Source: Larsenimonas rhizosphaerae
GTDB taxonomy: Bacteria > Pseudomonadota > Gammaproteobacteria > Pseudomonadales > Halomonadaceae
Length of the DNA stretch: 24,000 nucleotides
Direction: 5' to 3'
NCBI RefSeq assembly: GCF_023700005.1
Contig: NZ_JAMLJK010000006.1
Location: 1-24,000, forward strand
Below, one piece after another: positions 7,553 to 20,256 of the stretch. The first letter of the stretch is position 1; the number at the start of each line of letters is the position of its first letter. The notes under the pieces are model-generated. The model was not told where the DNA came from. It ran no database searches and was given only the letters and a program-made list of their open reading frames with translations. Both the position numbers and the translations under genes were made by a program.

Positions 7553-8971
7553 ATGCTTGGATTGGAGGCTCTGGACCTGGCGCGATTTCAATTCGCGTTC
7601 ACGGTCTCTTTTCATATTATATTCCCGGCATTTTCCATCGGTCTGGCCAGTTATTTGATGGTACTGGAAGGCTTGTGGCTGAAAACCGGTAAAGAGGTTT
7701 ACCACAATCTTTATCGCTTCTGGATCCGTATTTTTGCTGTGGCATTCGGGCTTGGCGTTGTCTCCGGTGTCGTCATGGCTTACGAGTTCGGTACCAACTG
7801 GAGCGGTTTTGCGGAAAAGGCCGGCGATATAACCGGAGTCCTGCTTACCTATGAAGTACTGACCGCCTTTTTCCTCGAGGCCGGCTTTTTGGGCATCATG
7901 TTGTTTGGTGAGTCCCGGGTCAGCAAGCGCCTTCATTTCTTTGCAACCTGCATGGTGGCTATCGGCACCTTGATTTCAGCGACGTGGATTCTTGCATCCA
8001 ACAGCTGGATGCAGACGCCTGCAGGGTTTGAAATAATCGATGGCCGTTTCGAGCCTGTCAGCTGGCTGCAGATTATTTTCAATCCGTCCTTCCCTTATCG
8101 CTTGCTCCATATGGTGCTTGCTGCCTTTATTTCTGTCAGCTTTCTGGTTGGCGGAGTGGGTGGATATCACCTGCTGCGTGACCGGACGGATCCTGCCGCG
8201 CGCAAGATGTTTTCCATGGCCATGTGGATGGCGGTGGTTGCCTTGCCTATCCAGATCATGGTCGGGGATGCGCATGGGTTGAATACGCTTGAGCACCAAC
8301 CGGCCAAGCTGGCAGCCATGGAGGGTTACTGGGGGCCACAGCCGGGTGAAACAGGGGTGCCTCTTACCCTGTTTGGTATGCCCGACATGGATTCGGCAAC
8401 GACCCATTACGCCCTTGAAGTACCAAATGTGGCCAGTCTTTATCTAACGCACTCATTACACGGCGAGATTCGTGGGTTGAAGAGTTTTCCGCGTGACGAG
8501 TGGCCGGATGTTCCCCTCGTCTTCTGGTCGTTTCGAATAATGGTTGGTCTGGGAGTAGCGATGCTTGGCATGGGGGTGCTGGGCCTGTTCCTGCGTTGGC
8601 GCCACAAGTTGTATGAGAGCCGCTGGTTCCATCGTTTGACCGTCTACACGTTGCCAGCAGGCTTTATTGCACTGGTGGCCGGATGGGTTACTACGGAAGG
8701 TGGGCGTCAGCCCTGGGTCATCTACGGCCTGATGCGTACCGTGGATGCTGCATCTCCACTCCATGTAGGTAGCGTTGCTGCCAGTTTGAGCGGCTTTGTA
8801 GTGGTTTATGCGATTATCTTTGGCATTGGTGTGTATTACATCACGAAGCTGGTGCGTATGGAGCCGATGGGGGCAATCCCTGAAGGTGGTCCGGGACACG
8901 AGCGTCAGCCCAAGCGCTCATTCTCGGCGGTGGAGCATGATCTTGATGATACAGAGGAGCGCCACTCATGA
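7553..8971 (+). CDS. cydA: Cytochrome bd-type quinol oxidase subunit I (short, CIO-like form)
   Basis: 472 aa. Contains the N-terminal heme-ligand His (FTVSFHIIFPAF), LLHMVLAAF, and the signature GWVTTEGGRQPWVIYGLMRT. It is about 50 aa shorter than E. coli CydA (about 522 aa), consistent with a short Q-loop. RBS GGGGGAGAG at 7537-7545. Confidence 0.93.
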   Translation: MLGLEALDLARFQFAFTVSFHIIFPAFSIGLASYLMVLEGLWLKTGKEVYHNLYRFWIRIFAVAFGLGVVSGVVMAYEFGTNWSGFAEKAGDITGVLLTYEVLTAFFLEAGFLGIMLFGESRVSKRLHFFATCMVAIGTLISATWILASNSWMQTPAGFEIIDGRFEPVSWLQIIFNPSFPYRLLHMVLAAFISVSFLVGGVGGYHLLRDRTDPAARKMFSMAMWMAVVALPIQIMVGDAHGLNTLEHQPAKLAAMEGYWGPQPGETGVPLTLFGMPDMDSATTHYALEVPNVASLYLTHSLHGEIRGLKSFPRDEWPDVPLVFWSFRIMVGLGVAMLGMGVLGLFLRWRHKLYESRWFHRLTVYTLPAGFIALVAGWVTTEGGRQPWVIYGLMRTVDAASPLHVGSVAASLSGFVVVYAIIFGIGVYYITKLVRMEPMGAIPEGGPGHERQPKRSFSAVEHDLDDTEERHS

Positions 8972-9981
8972 GCTTTGAGTTCGACCTGCCGGTAATCTGG
9001 CTTTTTTTGATCGGCTTTGCCATCGCGATGTACGTGGTAATGGATGGTTTCAGTCTGGGTGTCGGTATTCTGTTTCCATTCGTGAAGCCTGACGATCACC
9101 GGGATGTGATGATGAATTCGGTGGCGCCGGTCTGGGATGGTAACCAGACCTGGATGATTCTTGGTGGCGCGGGGCTCTACGGAGCCTTTCCACTGGCTTA
9201 TGCCGTTTATCTTCCAGCCATGTATCTGCCTTTGATATTGATGGTGCTGGCGTTGATATTTCGGGGAATTGCGTTTGAGTTTCGGTTCAAATCGACACGG
9301 TCCCGGCCGTTTTTTGACGCTGTTTTCAGCGGCGGCTCGATGATAGCCACCTTCTCCCAGGGGGTGGTGCTCGGCGGCATCATTCAGGGGGTCAATGTGG
9401 TGGATCGCCAGTATTCAGGTGGAGCATTTGACTGGCTTTCTCCCTTCTCCATGTTTACCGGTCTGGCGCTGGTGCTCGGGTACGGGCTTCTGGGCGCATC
9501 ATGGTTGATCGTCAAGACGGAAGGGGGGCTGCAGCGCCGCTTCTATTATCTGGCTCGTCCTTTTGCCATCCTGCTGGCCGTTGCCATGGCAGTGGTGTCC
9601 ATATGGACCCCATTGGCCAACTCACGGATATTTGATATCTGGTTTACGATGCCCAACATGCTGTGGCTTGCCGTAATGCCGATTCTGTTTCTGCTGCTGG
9701 TGTACAGCATCATCAAGGGAATCATCGAGCGTCATGAGCGGCTCATATTCGTCAAGAGTATTGCCTTGTTCGTACTGGGGCTTGTTGGTCTAGTCATCAG
9801 TTTCTTCCCGTTGATCATTCCGCCTTCAATTACGGTATGGGAGGCGGCATCTTCATCCAAGAGTCAGAGCTTTTTGATCGTGGGTTACTGTGTGCTGATT
9901 CCCGTGATCATGGCGTATACCTTTTACAGCTATAGGGTCTTTCGCGGAAAGGTACGTATTGGTGAGGGCTACCATCATTGA
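8968..9981 (+). CDS. cydB: Cytochrome bd-type quinol oxidase subunit II
   Basis: 337 aa polytopic protein with the motif WDGNQTWMILGG. ATGA overlap with the cydA stop codon. Confidence 0.92.
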   Translation: MSFEFDLPVIWLFLIGFAIAMYVVMDGFSLGVGILFPFVKPDDHRDVMMNSVAPVWDGNQTWMILGGAGLYGAFPLAYAVYLPAMYLPLILMVLALIFRGIAFEFRFKSTRSRPFFDAVFSGGSMIATFSQGVVLGGIIQGVNVVDRQYSGGAFDWLSPFSMFTGLALVLGYGLLGASWLIVKTEGGLQRRFYYLARPFAILLAVAMAVVSIWTPLANSRIFDIWFTMPNMLWLAVMPILFLLLVYSIIKGIIERHERLIFVKSIALFVLGLVGLVISFFPLIIPPSITVWEAASSSKSQSFLIVGYCVLIPVIMAYTFYSYRVFRGKVRIGEGYHH

Positions 9982-10004
9982 TGGTTTCAGGTGGTGATAA
10001 TAAA

Positions 10005-10031
10005 GGGGCGCAATCAGCGCCCCTTTTTTTT
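10005..10031 (+). terminator. Rho-independent terminator after cydB
   Basis: GGGGCGC(10005-10011)/GCGCCCC(10017-10023) forms a perfect 7-bp stem with a 5-nt loop. It is followed by T8 at 10024-10031. Confidence 0.9.
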
Positions 10032-10094
10032 GTTTTCGCCATTTAGCATGGCTTTTGGCTAGAATGGCGGTTTTACCGAAACAGGTTTGGCCCA

Positions 10095-11075
10095 ATGACC
10101 ACGCGTGAACTGCTTCGTCTGTTGTGCGATGGGCAATACCACTCCGGAGAAGAGCTGGGAGAGCGCTTCGGTGTGTCGCGTACAGCTATCTGGAAACATT
10201 TGAAAAAGCTGGAGCAGCAAGGCATTCCTCTGGAGGCCGTTCGTGGGCGGGGGTATCGCGTATCCAGCAGTGCCAGCCCCCTCGAGGGTGCTGCGATCGT
10301 CAACGAGCTGGATCGAGACGCCAGGCGCCTATTGTCCCGTTTGTTTGTGGAAGAATCGATTCCGTCGACCAATGCGCTGTTGCTTGATCGTTTTACCCAG
10401 GGTGCCGGGCATGCAGAGGTGGCGCTGGCTGAAGTGCAGACTGCTGGCCGAGGCCGGCGGGGAAGGGCATGGAGCAGTCGCTGGGGGCAGGGTATTTATT
10501 TATCACTGGGCTGGCGGTTTAGTTGTGGTGTGGCTTCGCTTGAAGGATTAAGCCTTGCCATCGGTGTGGCCATTGCCGAGGTGTTGAGAGAGATTGGTGT
10601 GCCGGCCGAGCTCAAATGGCCCAACGATATTCTGATCAGCTGCCAGGGAGAGTATCGCAAGCTGGGGGGTATTCTGGTCGAAATACGGGGGGATGTTGAA
10701 GGGCCCTGTGATGTGGTGGCTGGGATAGGGCTAAATATGGACAAGCCTGATCTGTCCACGATCGAGTCCGTGCAGCCGGTAGCCGGGATCAGGCAATACA
10801 ATGAGGCGCTGGGTCGTAATGTGCTCGTGGCTGCTCTGTTGAATCGACTTCTGGTCATGATGCCCTTGTTTGCCCAGGAAGGCTTTGCTGCATGGCAGCC
10901 GCGCTGGAATGAGTGGCACGCGTTCGCAGGTCGGCGCGTGACCATTCATCAGGGGGAGCATCAACGTCAGGGAGTGGCGGGAAGTGTGGATGGGTCCGGC
11001 CGGCTGGAGGTGGCCGTCGAGGGTCAGTCCGAGTGGCTTATGGGAGGGGAGATCAGCGTGCGAGATACGCCATGA
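10095..11075 (+). CDS. birA: Bifunctional biotin-[acetyl-CoA-carboxylase] ligase / biotin operon repressor
   Basis: 326 aa. N-terminal winged HTH (GEELGERFGVSRTAIWKHLKKLEQQGI) and the biotin/ATP loop GRGRRGRAW. Length is close to E. coli BirA (321 aa). Confidence 0.93.
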   Translation: MTTRELLRLLCDGQYHSGEELGERFGVSRTAIWKHLKKLEQQGIPLEAVRGRGYRVSSSASPLEGAAIVNELDRDARRLLSRLFVEESIPSTNALLLDRFTQGAGHAEVALAEVQTAGRGRRGRAWSSRWGQGIYLSLGWRFSCGVASLEGLSLAIGVAIAEVLREIGVPAELKWPNDILISCQGEYRKLGGILVEIRGDVEGPCDVVAGIGLNMDKPDLSTIESVQPVAGIRQYNEALGRNVLVAALLNRLLVMMPLFAQEGFAAWQPRWNEWHAFAGRRVTIHQGEHQRQGVAGSVDGSGRLEVAVEGQSEWLMGGEISVRDTP

Positions 11076-11911
11076 TTCTTGATCTGGATATTGGTAATAC
11101 GCTGTCAAAGTGGCGCCTGAAGGATCCCCTGTCCAGTGAAATTCGCTCGCGGGGTGCAGTGTGGACGCGTGATCAATGGCAGCCTGGAGCAGATATACCT
11201 GATCTTAATGTGATTGAACGCGTCAGAATATCCAGTGTGGCACACAGTGATGTTCTGCGTGAAACCGTCTCCCTGTTGCGAAGGCGAGTTCCCACCGTTC
11301 ATGTGGCACGGCCTGCTGCCGAGGCAGCAGGCGTGACATGCGGCTACGATGTGCCGGCGCGGCTGGGAGTAGATCGGTGGCTGGGGGCGTTGTCCGGGTA
11401 CCAGTTGACTGGCGGATGTTGTGTAGTGGATTGCGGTAGCGCGATCACGATTGATTTTGTACTTCCCGGTGGGCAGCACCTGGGAGGGTATATCATTCCT
11501 GGTCTACGGCTCATGAAAGAAAGCCTGAAGCTCGGGACGCGACATGTTCGCATTGACCCTGAGGTGGAGGTGGCACGCCTTCATGCGCCAGGCCGTAATA
11601 CTACGGATGCGGTCAATCATGGCGTCTTCATGGCGGCTGTCAGTGCTATTCATCGCATTTATTGCGATGTTTGTGATGAGCAGGGGGTTGCTCTGCCATT
11701 GCTATTGACCGGAGGGGATGCGCGCGTTGTGTCGGCCGCACTGTCCGTGCCTCATGGGCTTTGGCCCGATATGGTATATGGCGGGCTGGAAGTGCTTTAT
11801 CCCATGACCAGTGCCGAGCGGGCGGGTCGCATGAGTGGTGCACCGGCAGTGCCGAGCGTTCCTCTCCTTGAAAAAATTCGAGCAGGGGTTGCTTTCTCCA
11901 CGCTGCTTTGA
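11072..11911 (+). CDS. coaX: Type III pantothenate kinase
   Basis: The start MILDLDIGNT carries the type III PanK phosphate-1 motif, and ATG 11072 overlaps the birA TGA (ATGA). GVDRW and LTGGDA motifs are present. The track ORF start at 10913 is an in-frame upstream extension inside birA. The product is 279 aa, about 30 aa longer at the C-terminus than typical CoaX. Confidence 0.88.
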   Translation: MILDLDIGNTLSKWRLKDPLSSEIRSRGAVWTRDQWQPGADIPDLNVIERVRISSVAHSDVLRETVSLLRRRVPTVHVARPAAEAAGVTCGYDVPARLGVDRWLGALSGYQLTGGCCVVDCGSAITIDFVLPGGQHLGGYIIPGLRLMKESLKLGTRHVRIDPEVEVARLHAPGRNTTDAVNHGVFMAAVSAIHRIYCDVCDEQGVALPLLLTGGDARVVSAALSVPHGLWPDMVYGGLEVLYPMTSAERAGRMSGAPAVPSVPLLEKIRAGVAFSTLL

Positions 11912-11973
11912 CACAATTCGCCGCGTCTTGAGGTGAGCCCTTCGCGCTGTGCAAGCAGTTGATATAAAAAGGG

Positions 11974-12001
11974 TTGACAACGCATTAATTTGATTTAAAA
12001 T
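11974..12001 (+). promoter_or_regulatory. Candidate strong sigma-70 promoter of the tRNA operon
   Basis: TTGACA (11974-11979), 16-nt spacer, TAAAAT (11996-12001). An A-rich UP-like tract (GATATAAAAA) lies upstream and a GC-rich discriminator (GCGTCGCC) downstream, as in stringently controlled stable-RNA promoters. tRNA-Tyr starts at 12014. Confidence 0.55.
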
Positions 12002-12013
12002 GCGTCGCCAGTT

Positions 12014-12097
<84 letters not shown>

Positions 12098-12137
12098 TTT
12101 AGTCAGCAGGTTTTGCCTATTGGGCAAGATTGGATAG

Positions 12138-12211
<74 letters not shown>

Positions 12212-12216
12212 GATAG

Positions 12217-12291
12217 GCTCATGTAGCTCAGGGGTAGAGCACACCCTTGGTAAGGGTGAGGTCGACGGTTCAATTCCGTCCATGAGCTCCA
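12217..12291 (+). tRNA. thrT: tRNA-Thr (anticodon GGT)
   Basis: Acceptor stem GCTCATG/CATGAGC, anticodon arm CACCCTTGGTAAGGGTG, T-arm GACGGTTCAATTCCGTC, CCA encoded. Confidence 0.95.
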
Positions 12292-12409
12292 TAAGTCGCC
12301 ATGATTTATGGGTATTCCTGTCAAAGTTTTGCTTTTTGGGGTTGTTAATAGTGTGGCTATCGGATAACATATCGGCCGCACTTTTTGTGCACCTTAAAGC
12401 AATATAGAT

Positions 12410-12485
<76 letters not shown>

Positions 12486-12567
12486 CTCTTGAAAGCAAGA
12501 GTAGGCACTTCCTGTATATGTTCCAATGTGAATTGATCGGCTGTCGCACGCCCTGGGGAGTTTTTCC

Positions 12568-12936
12568 ATGAGTCAAGAGGCTGAGGTGCAAGAGTCGCGC
12601 CACGATGTATTCAAGTGGGCGGTTGTTGTGGTCCTTGTGGCAGCTGTTGTTATCGGGAATTCCTATTTTTCTGATCAGGCTATTCTGTACCGCGTGCTGG
12701 GTATAACCGCGCTCGGTCTGATGGCTGTGTTCGTGGCTCTGTTGACCAAACAGGGGCGCGAGCTTTCAGCGCTTGCGAAAAATTCCCGCAAGGAGATTCA
12801 GCGTGTTGTCTGGCCTACTCGGCAAGAGACGTTCCAGACCACGGCTATTGTGCTTGCCGCGGTATTGCTGGTCGGGCTGGTGTTGTGGTTGATCGACACC
12901 TTCTTCGGTTGGGCGGTATCGGGAATCATTGGTTAG
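12568..12936 (+). CDS. secE: Preprotein translocase subunit SecE
   Basis: 122 aa and three TM segments, with the conserved C-terminal block [13 protein letters not shown]. It lies immediately upstream of nusG. Confidence 0.92.
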   Translation: MSQEAEVQESRHDVFKWAVVVVLVAAVVIGNSYFSDQAILYRVLGITALGLMAVFVALLTKQGRELSALAKNSRKEIQRVVWPTRQETFQTTAIVLAAVLLVGLVLWLIDTFFGWAVSGIIG

Positions 12937-12944
12937 GAGGCTTC

Positions 12945-13478
12945 ATGGCTAAGCGCTGGTACGTCGTTCACGCTTATTCCGGTTTTGAGAAATATGTAAT
13001 GCGCGCCCTTAAAGAGCGCGTTCGCATGTATGAGGTGGAGGATCTCTTCGGTGAGATTCTGGTGCCTACTGAAGAAGTCGTCGAAATGCGTGACGGCAAG
13101 CGTCGCAAGAGCGAGCGCAAGTTTTATCCCGGTTATGTCCTTGTTGAAATGGACATGAACGATCAGACCTGGCACCTCGTTAATGAGACGCCACGTGTCA
13201 TGGGTTTCATCGGCGGTACGCCGGAGAAGCCTGCTCCCATTACGCCGCGTGAAGCAGATGCGATTCTGCAGCGCGTTCAGGACGGTAATGACAGTCCTCG
13301 TCCGAAAACCATGTTTGACGCCGGTGAGACCGTTCGTGTGACCGATGGTCCCTTCGCGGATTTCAATGGTGTGGTCGAGGAAGTCAATTACGAGAAAAGC
13401 CGTCTTCAGGTAAGCGTATTGATTTTCGGTCGTTCAACGCCGGTAGAACTGGAGTTTTCTCAGGTCGAGAAAGACTGA
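12945..13478 (+). CDS. nusG: Transcription termination/antitermination factor NusG
   Basis: Starts [16 protein letters not shown] with AGGAGG at 12935-12940. The KOW region [21 protein letters not shown] is present. The track ORF start at 12885 is an upstream extension overlapping secE. Confidence 0.95.
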   Translation: MAKRWYVVHAYSGFEKYVMRALKERVRMYEVEDLFGEILVPTEEVVEMRDGKRRKSERKFYPGYVLVEMDMNDQTWHLVNETPRVMGFIGGTPEKPAPITPREADAILQRVQDGNDSPRPKTMFDAGETVRVTDGPFADFNGVVEEVNYEKSRLQVSVLIFGRSTPVELEFSQVEKD

Positions 13479-13558
13479 GATTGCTCAAACGTCTGTCCTG
13501 ATAGGGCAGGCACCTAGGGGAGCCTTTTTGAGGCGCTACCACCCAACTGGAGGCCAAC
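13479..13558 (+). promoter_or_regulatory. rplK leader (expected site of L1 translational autoregulation, possibly with a promoter)
   Basis: Assigned by position, by analogy with the E. coli L11 operon leader. A 9-bp hairpin at 13491-13511 and a GGAGG RBS before ATG 13559 are visible. The L1-binding fold was not verified. Confidence 0.3.
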
Positions 13559-13990
13559 ATGGCGAAGAAAGTCCAAGCATATATCAAGCTGCAGGTTGCA
13601 GCCGGCAAGGCTAACCCGAGTCCGCCCGTAGGTCCGGCGCTGGGTCAGCACGGTGTCAACATCATGGAGTTCTGCAAGGCGTTCAACGCTGAGACGCAGA
13701 ATCTTGAAGTGGGCCTGCCGACGCCTGTAGTCATTACGGTTTATTCTGATCGTAGTTTCACGTTCGTTACCAAGACCCCGCCGGCGGCCGTTCTGCTCAA
13801 GAAGGCAGCAGGTATCAAGTCTGGTTCCGGCGTTCCGAACAAGACCAAGGTCGGTACCGTGACGCGTGAGCAGCTCGAAGAAATTGCTCGTGCCAAGGAA
13901 CCTGATCTGACAGCTGCTGATCTTGACGCTGCTGTACGTACCATCGCTGGTAGTGCCCGTAGTATGGGTCTGAACGTGGAGGGACTCTGA
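13559..13990 (+). CDS. rplK: 50S ribosomal protein L11
   Basis: 143 aa. [43 protein letters not shown] is canonical L11. Confidence 0.98.
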   Translation: MAKKVQAYIKLQVAAGKANPSPPVGPALGQHGVNIMEFCKAFNAETQNLEVGLPTPVVITVYSDRSFTFVTKTPPAAVLLKKAAGIKSGSGVPNKTKVGTVTREQLEEIARAKEPDLTAADLDAAVRTIAGSARSMGLNVEGL

Positions 13991-13991
13991 G

Positions 13992-14684
13992 ATGGCTAAA
14001 CTGAGTAAGCGCGTCAAGTCAATCCGCGAGAAAGTGGACCCGGCCAAAACGTACACCATTGAAGAAGCCGTTACTCTTCTGAGTGAGCTGTCTTCCGTGA
14101 AGTTCAAGGAATCGGTCGAAGTGGCTGTCAACCTTGGCGTTGACCCGCGTAAATCCGATCAGGTTGTTCGTGGCGCCACCGTCATGCCCAACGGTACAGG
14201 CAACGATGTTCGCGTCGCTGTTTTCGCCCAGGGTGCTGCGGCAGATGCAGCTAAAGAAGCTGGTGCAGACATCGTTGGCATGGAAGAGCTTGCCGATGAC
14301 ATCAAAAAGGGCAACATGGACTTTGATGTTGTTGTTGCTGCTCCTGATGCCATGCGTGTTGTTGGTCAGCTGGGTCAGATTCTCGGTCCGCGCGGCCTGA
14401 TGCCAAACCCGAAGGTGGGTACGGTTACTCCTGATGTCGCCACGGCTGTCAAGAATGCCAAGGCTGGTCAGGTGCGTTTCCGTACAGACAAGAACGGCAT
14501 CATTCACGCCGGTATCGGTAAGGTCGATTTCAGTGCTGCTGATATTGAGGGTAACCTGGATGCGCTGGTTGCCGAGCTCAAGAAGCTCAAGCCCAGCACG
14601 TCGAAGGGTGTTTACCTTAAGAAGGTCTCCCTGTCCTCGACGATGGGTCCCGGCCTTACAATTGATCATTCCTCCTGGGCGTAA
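13992..14684 (+). CDS. rplA: 50S ribosomal protein L1
   Basis: 230 aa with MAKLSKR... and [51 protein letters not shown]. Confidence 0.98.
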   Translation: MAKLSKRVKSIREKVDPAKTYTIEEAVTLLSELSSVKFKESVEVAVNLGVDPRKSDQVVRGATVMPNGTGNDVRVAVFAQGAAADAAKEAGADIVGMEELADDIKKGNMDFDVVVAAPDAMRVVGQLGQILGPRGLMPNPKVGTVTPDVATAVKNAKAGQVRFRTDKNGIIHAGIGKVDFSAADIEGNLDALVAELKKLKPSTSKGVYLKKVSLSSTMGPGLTIDHSSWA

Positions 14685-14897
14685 ATCCGGGCTGGAAGAA
14701 CCTTTGCGGTCCCCGTATTCCGTGCGGGGTGCCGTCAAAGACCGCAGGTGCCAAGGCTTAATGTGCTGAGCATGCCTGCGCAGATGGTGCCAGTGTTCTG
14801 CACTGACCATCATTCATACTTCACCGGCTGTATCAGGTGGAGATAGATGGTAACCCTGCCGTCCGATTTACAGGACGGGTACGAAGGAGTGAAGAAA
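14685..14897 (+). promoter_or_regulatory. rplJ leader region (expected L10-(L7/L12) autoregulatory leader and promoter)
   Basis: 213-bp spacer with a nested hairpin GCGGTCCCCG...CGGGG...GACCGC at about 14706-14745 and CCGTCC/GGACGG at about 14860-14879. The function is inferred from the E. coli rplJL leader, not demonstrated by sequence. Confidence 0.35.
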
Positions 14898-15401
14898 GTG
14901 CCATTAGGTCTCGAAGACAAAAAGGCAATTGTTGCTGAAGTCAGCGAAACCGCCAGCGCTGCGCTCTCCGTCGTTGTTGCCGACTCTCGTGGTGTTACTG
15001 TAAGCGCGATGACTGATCTGCGCAAACAGGCCCGCGACAATGGTGTCCAGTTGCGTGTTGTTCGTAACACCCTGGCCCGCCGTGCTCTTTCAGGTTCTAC
15101 CTATGAATGCCTCAATGAGTCATTTGTTGGTCCTACCCTGCTGGCTTTCTCCATGGAACACCCGGGCGCTGGCGCTCGCTTGTTCAAGGAATTTGCCAAG
15201 AAGCAGCCGGCTTTTGAAGTCAAGGCAATGGCGTACGAAGGCGAATTCATCGCCGCATCTGATATCGATCGTCTGGCTACTCTGCCGACTTACGACGAAG
15301 CGATTGCAAAACTGATGTCGGTAATGAAGGAAGCATCTGCTGGCAAGCTGGTTCGTACTTTGGCTGCGCTGCGTGATCAAAAGGAAGAAGCTGCTGCCTG
15401 A
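14898..15401 (+). CDS. rplJ: 50S ribosomal protein L10
   Basis: From GTG 14898 (AAGGAG at 14884-14889, 8-nt spacing) the product (M)[16 protein letters not shown]... aligns with the E. coli L10 N-terminus [17 protein letters not shown]. The track start at 14847 adds 17 residues that are not homologous. Confidence 0.93.
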   Translation: MPLGLEDKKAIVAEVSETASAALSVVVADSRGVTVSAMTDLRKQARDNGVQLRVVRNTLARRALSGSTYECLNESFVGPTLLAFSMEHPGAGARLFKEFAKKQPAFEVKAMAYEGEFIAASDIDRLATLPTYDEAIAKLMSVMKEASAGKLVRTLAALRDQKEEAAA

Positions 15402-15486
15402 TGGCAGGCATTTACCTTCTGACGCAGTGTGACCATTCATTCGTTAGAGCACACGATGCTCCGCAAAGATTTAGGATTAGAGAATC

Positions 15487-15855
15487 ATGGCATTGAACAA
15501 AGAAGACATCATCAACGCAGTTGCTGAAATGTCTGTCATGGAAGTTGTCGAACTGATCGAAGCAATGGAAGAGAAGTTCGGCGTATCTGCAGCAGCTGCT
15601 GTAGCTGCAGGTCCGGCGGCGGCTGAGGCTGCTGTTGAAGAACAGACCGAATTTGACCTCGTTCTGACCAGCGCTGGCGAGAAGAAAGTCAACGTCATCA
15701 AGGTTGTTCGTGAAATCACCGGTCTTGGCCTGAAAGAAGCCAAGGGTGCTGTCGACGGCGCACCGGCTACCATCAAGGAAGCCATGTCCAAGGACGACGC
15801 CGAAGCAGCCAAGAAGAAGCTTGAAGAAGCAGGCGCTTCCGTGGAACTCAAGTAA
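15487..15855 (+). CDS. rplL: 50S ribosomal protein L7/L12
   Basis: 122 aa, with an Ala-rich hinge and the C-terminal domain [22 protein letters not shown]. Confidence 0.98.
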   Translation: MALNKEDIINAVAEMSVMEVVELIEAMEEKFGVSAAAAVAAGPAAAEAAVEEQTEFDLVLTSAGEKKVNVIKVVREITGLGLKEAKGAVDGAPATIKEAMSKDDAEAAKKKLEEAGASVELK

Positions 15856-15895
15856 TCCTCGTGGTTACAGCGTTGCACGCTGCTTAAGCGTCTAC

Positions 15896-15936
15896 GGCTG
15901 GTGGCGGAACTCCGCCGCCAGCCTTTTTCTGTTGTT
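15896..15936 (+). terminator. rplL-rpoB intergenic attenuator (partial terminator)
   Basis: 12-bp stem GGCTGGTGGCGG/CCGCCGCCAGCC with one G-U pair and a 4-nt loop, then TTTTTCTGTTGTT. The position matches the well-known attenuator between rplL and rpoB in E. coli. Further hairpins at about 15994-16020 and 16024-16043 may be processing sites. Confidence 0.75.
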
Positions 15937-16096
15937 ACCCGACAAACTCAAGCGTCAACTAACGTTATAGTGTGGGTTGTCGGACGAATCTCTCAACGGC
16001 GAGCACATGGCTTGCCGTTGGCGCCTGACAGGTAGGGTCCTGTCGCGGCGTGCCGACCGTGCCGGTCACTCATGGTGAACAAGCTGGGGAATACAG

Positions 16097-20173
<4,077 letters not shown>

Positions 20174-20256
20174 GGCTTTTCTTCGATCCCTTTGTTGGTC
20201 CGCGGGAGGGGTATTACCCTCCCGCTCATGACAACTCCGCAACGGAGCCGACCCCC

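Noticed and set aside
7263-7692. ORFs 7263-7658 (131 aa) and 7420-7692 (90 aa) in the cyoE-cydA spacer, running into cydA.
   Set aside because: They span the cyoE terminator and leader hairpins and overlap the well-supported cydA start out of frame. Their composition is Cys/Arg/Leu-rich and they have no RBS.
9981-10046. A 21-codon ORF whose ATG overlaps the cydB stop codon (TGATG), considered as a cydX-like small subunit.
   Set aside because: The peptide MVSGGDNKGAQSAPLFFVFAI is too short, lacks a full TM helix and the CydX-type N-terminus, and is encoded by the terminator hairpin and T-run itself.
10913-11071. The ORF-track start of coaX at 10913 (332 aa). Similar upstream extensions occur for nusG (12885) and rplJ (14847).
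   Set aside because: The extensions overlap the preceding gene and are Arg/Gly-rich or otherwise non-homologous. Conserved N-termini begin at 11072 (MILDLDIGNT), 12945 (MAKRWYVVH, with AGGAGG upstream) and 14898 (GTG with AAGGAG upstream, aligning with E. coli L10).
12292-12409. Search for a tuf pseudogene remnant or a dedicated tRNA-Trp/secE promoter in the Thr-Trp gap.
   Set aside because: No reading frame resembles either end of EF-Tu. The only -10-like hexamers (CAATAT, TATAGA) abut the mature tRNA 5' end and have no acceptable -35 element. There is nothing here that I can support.
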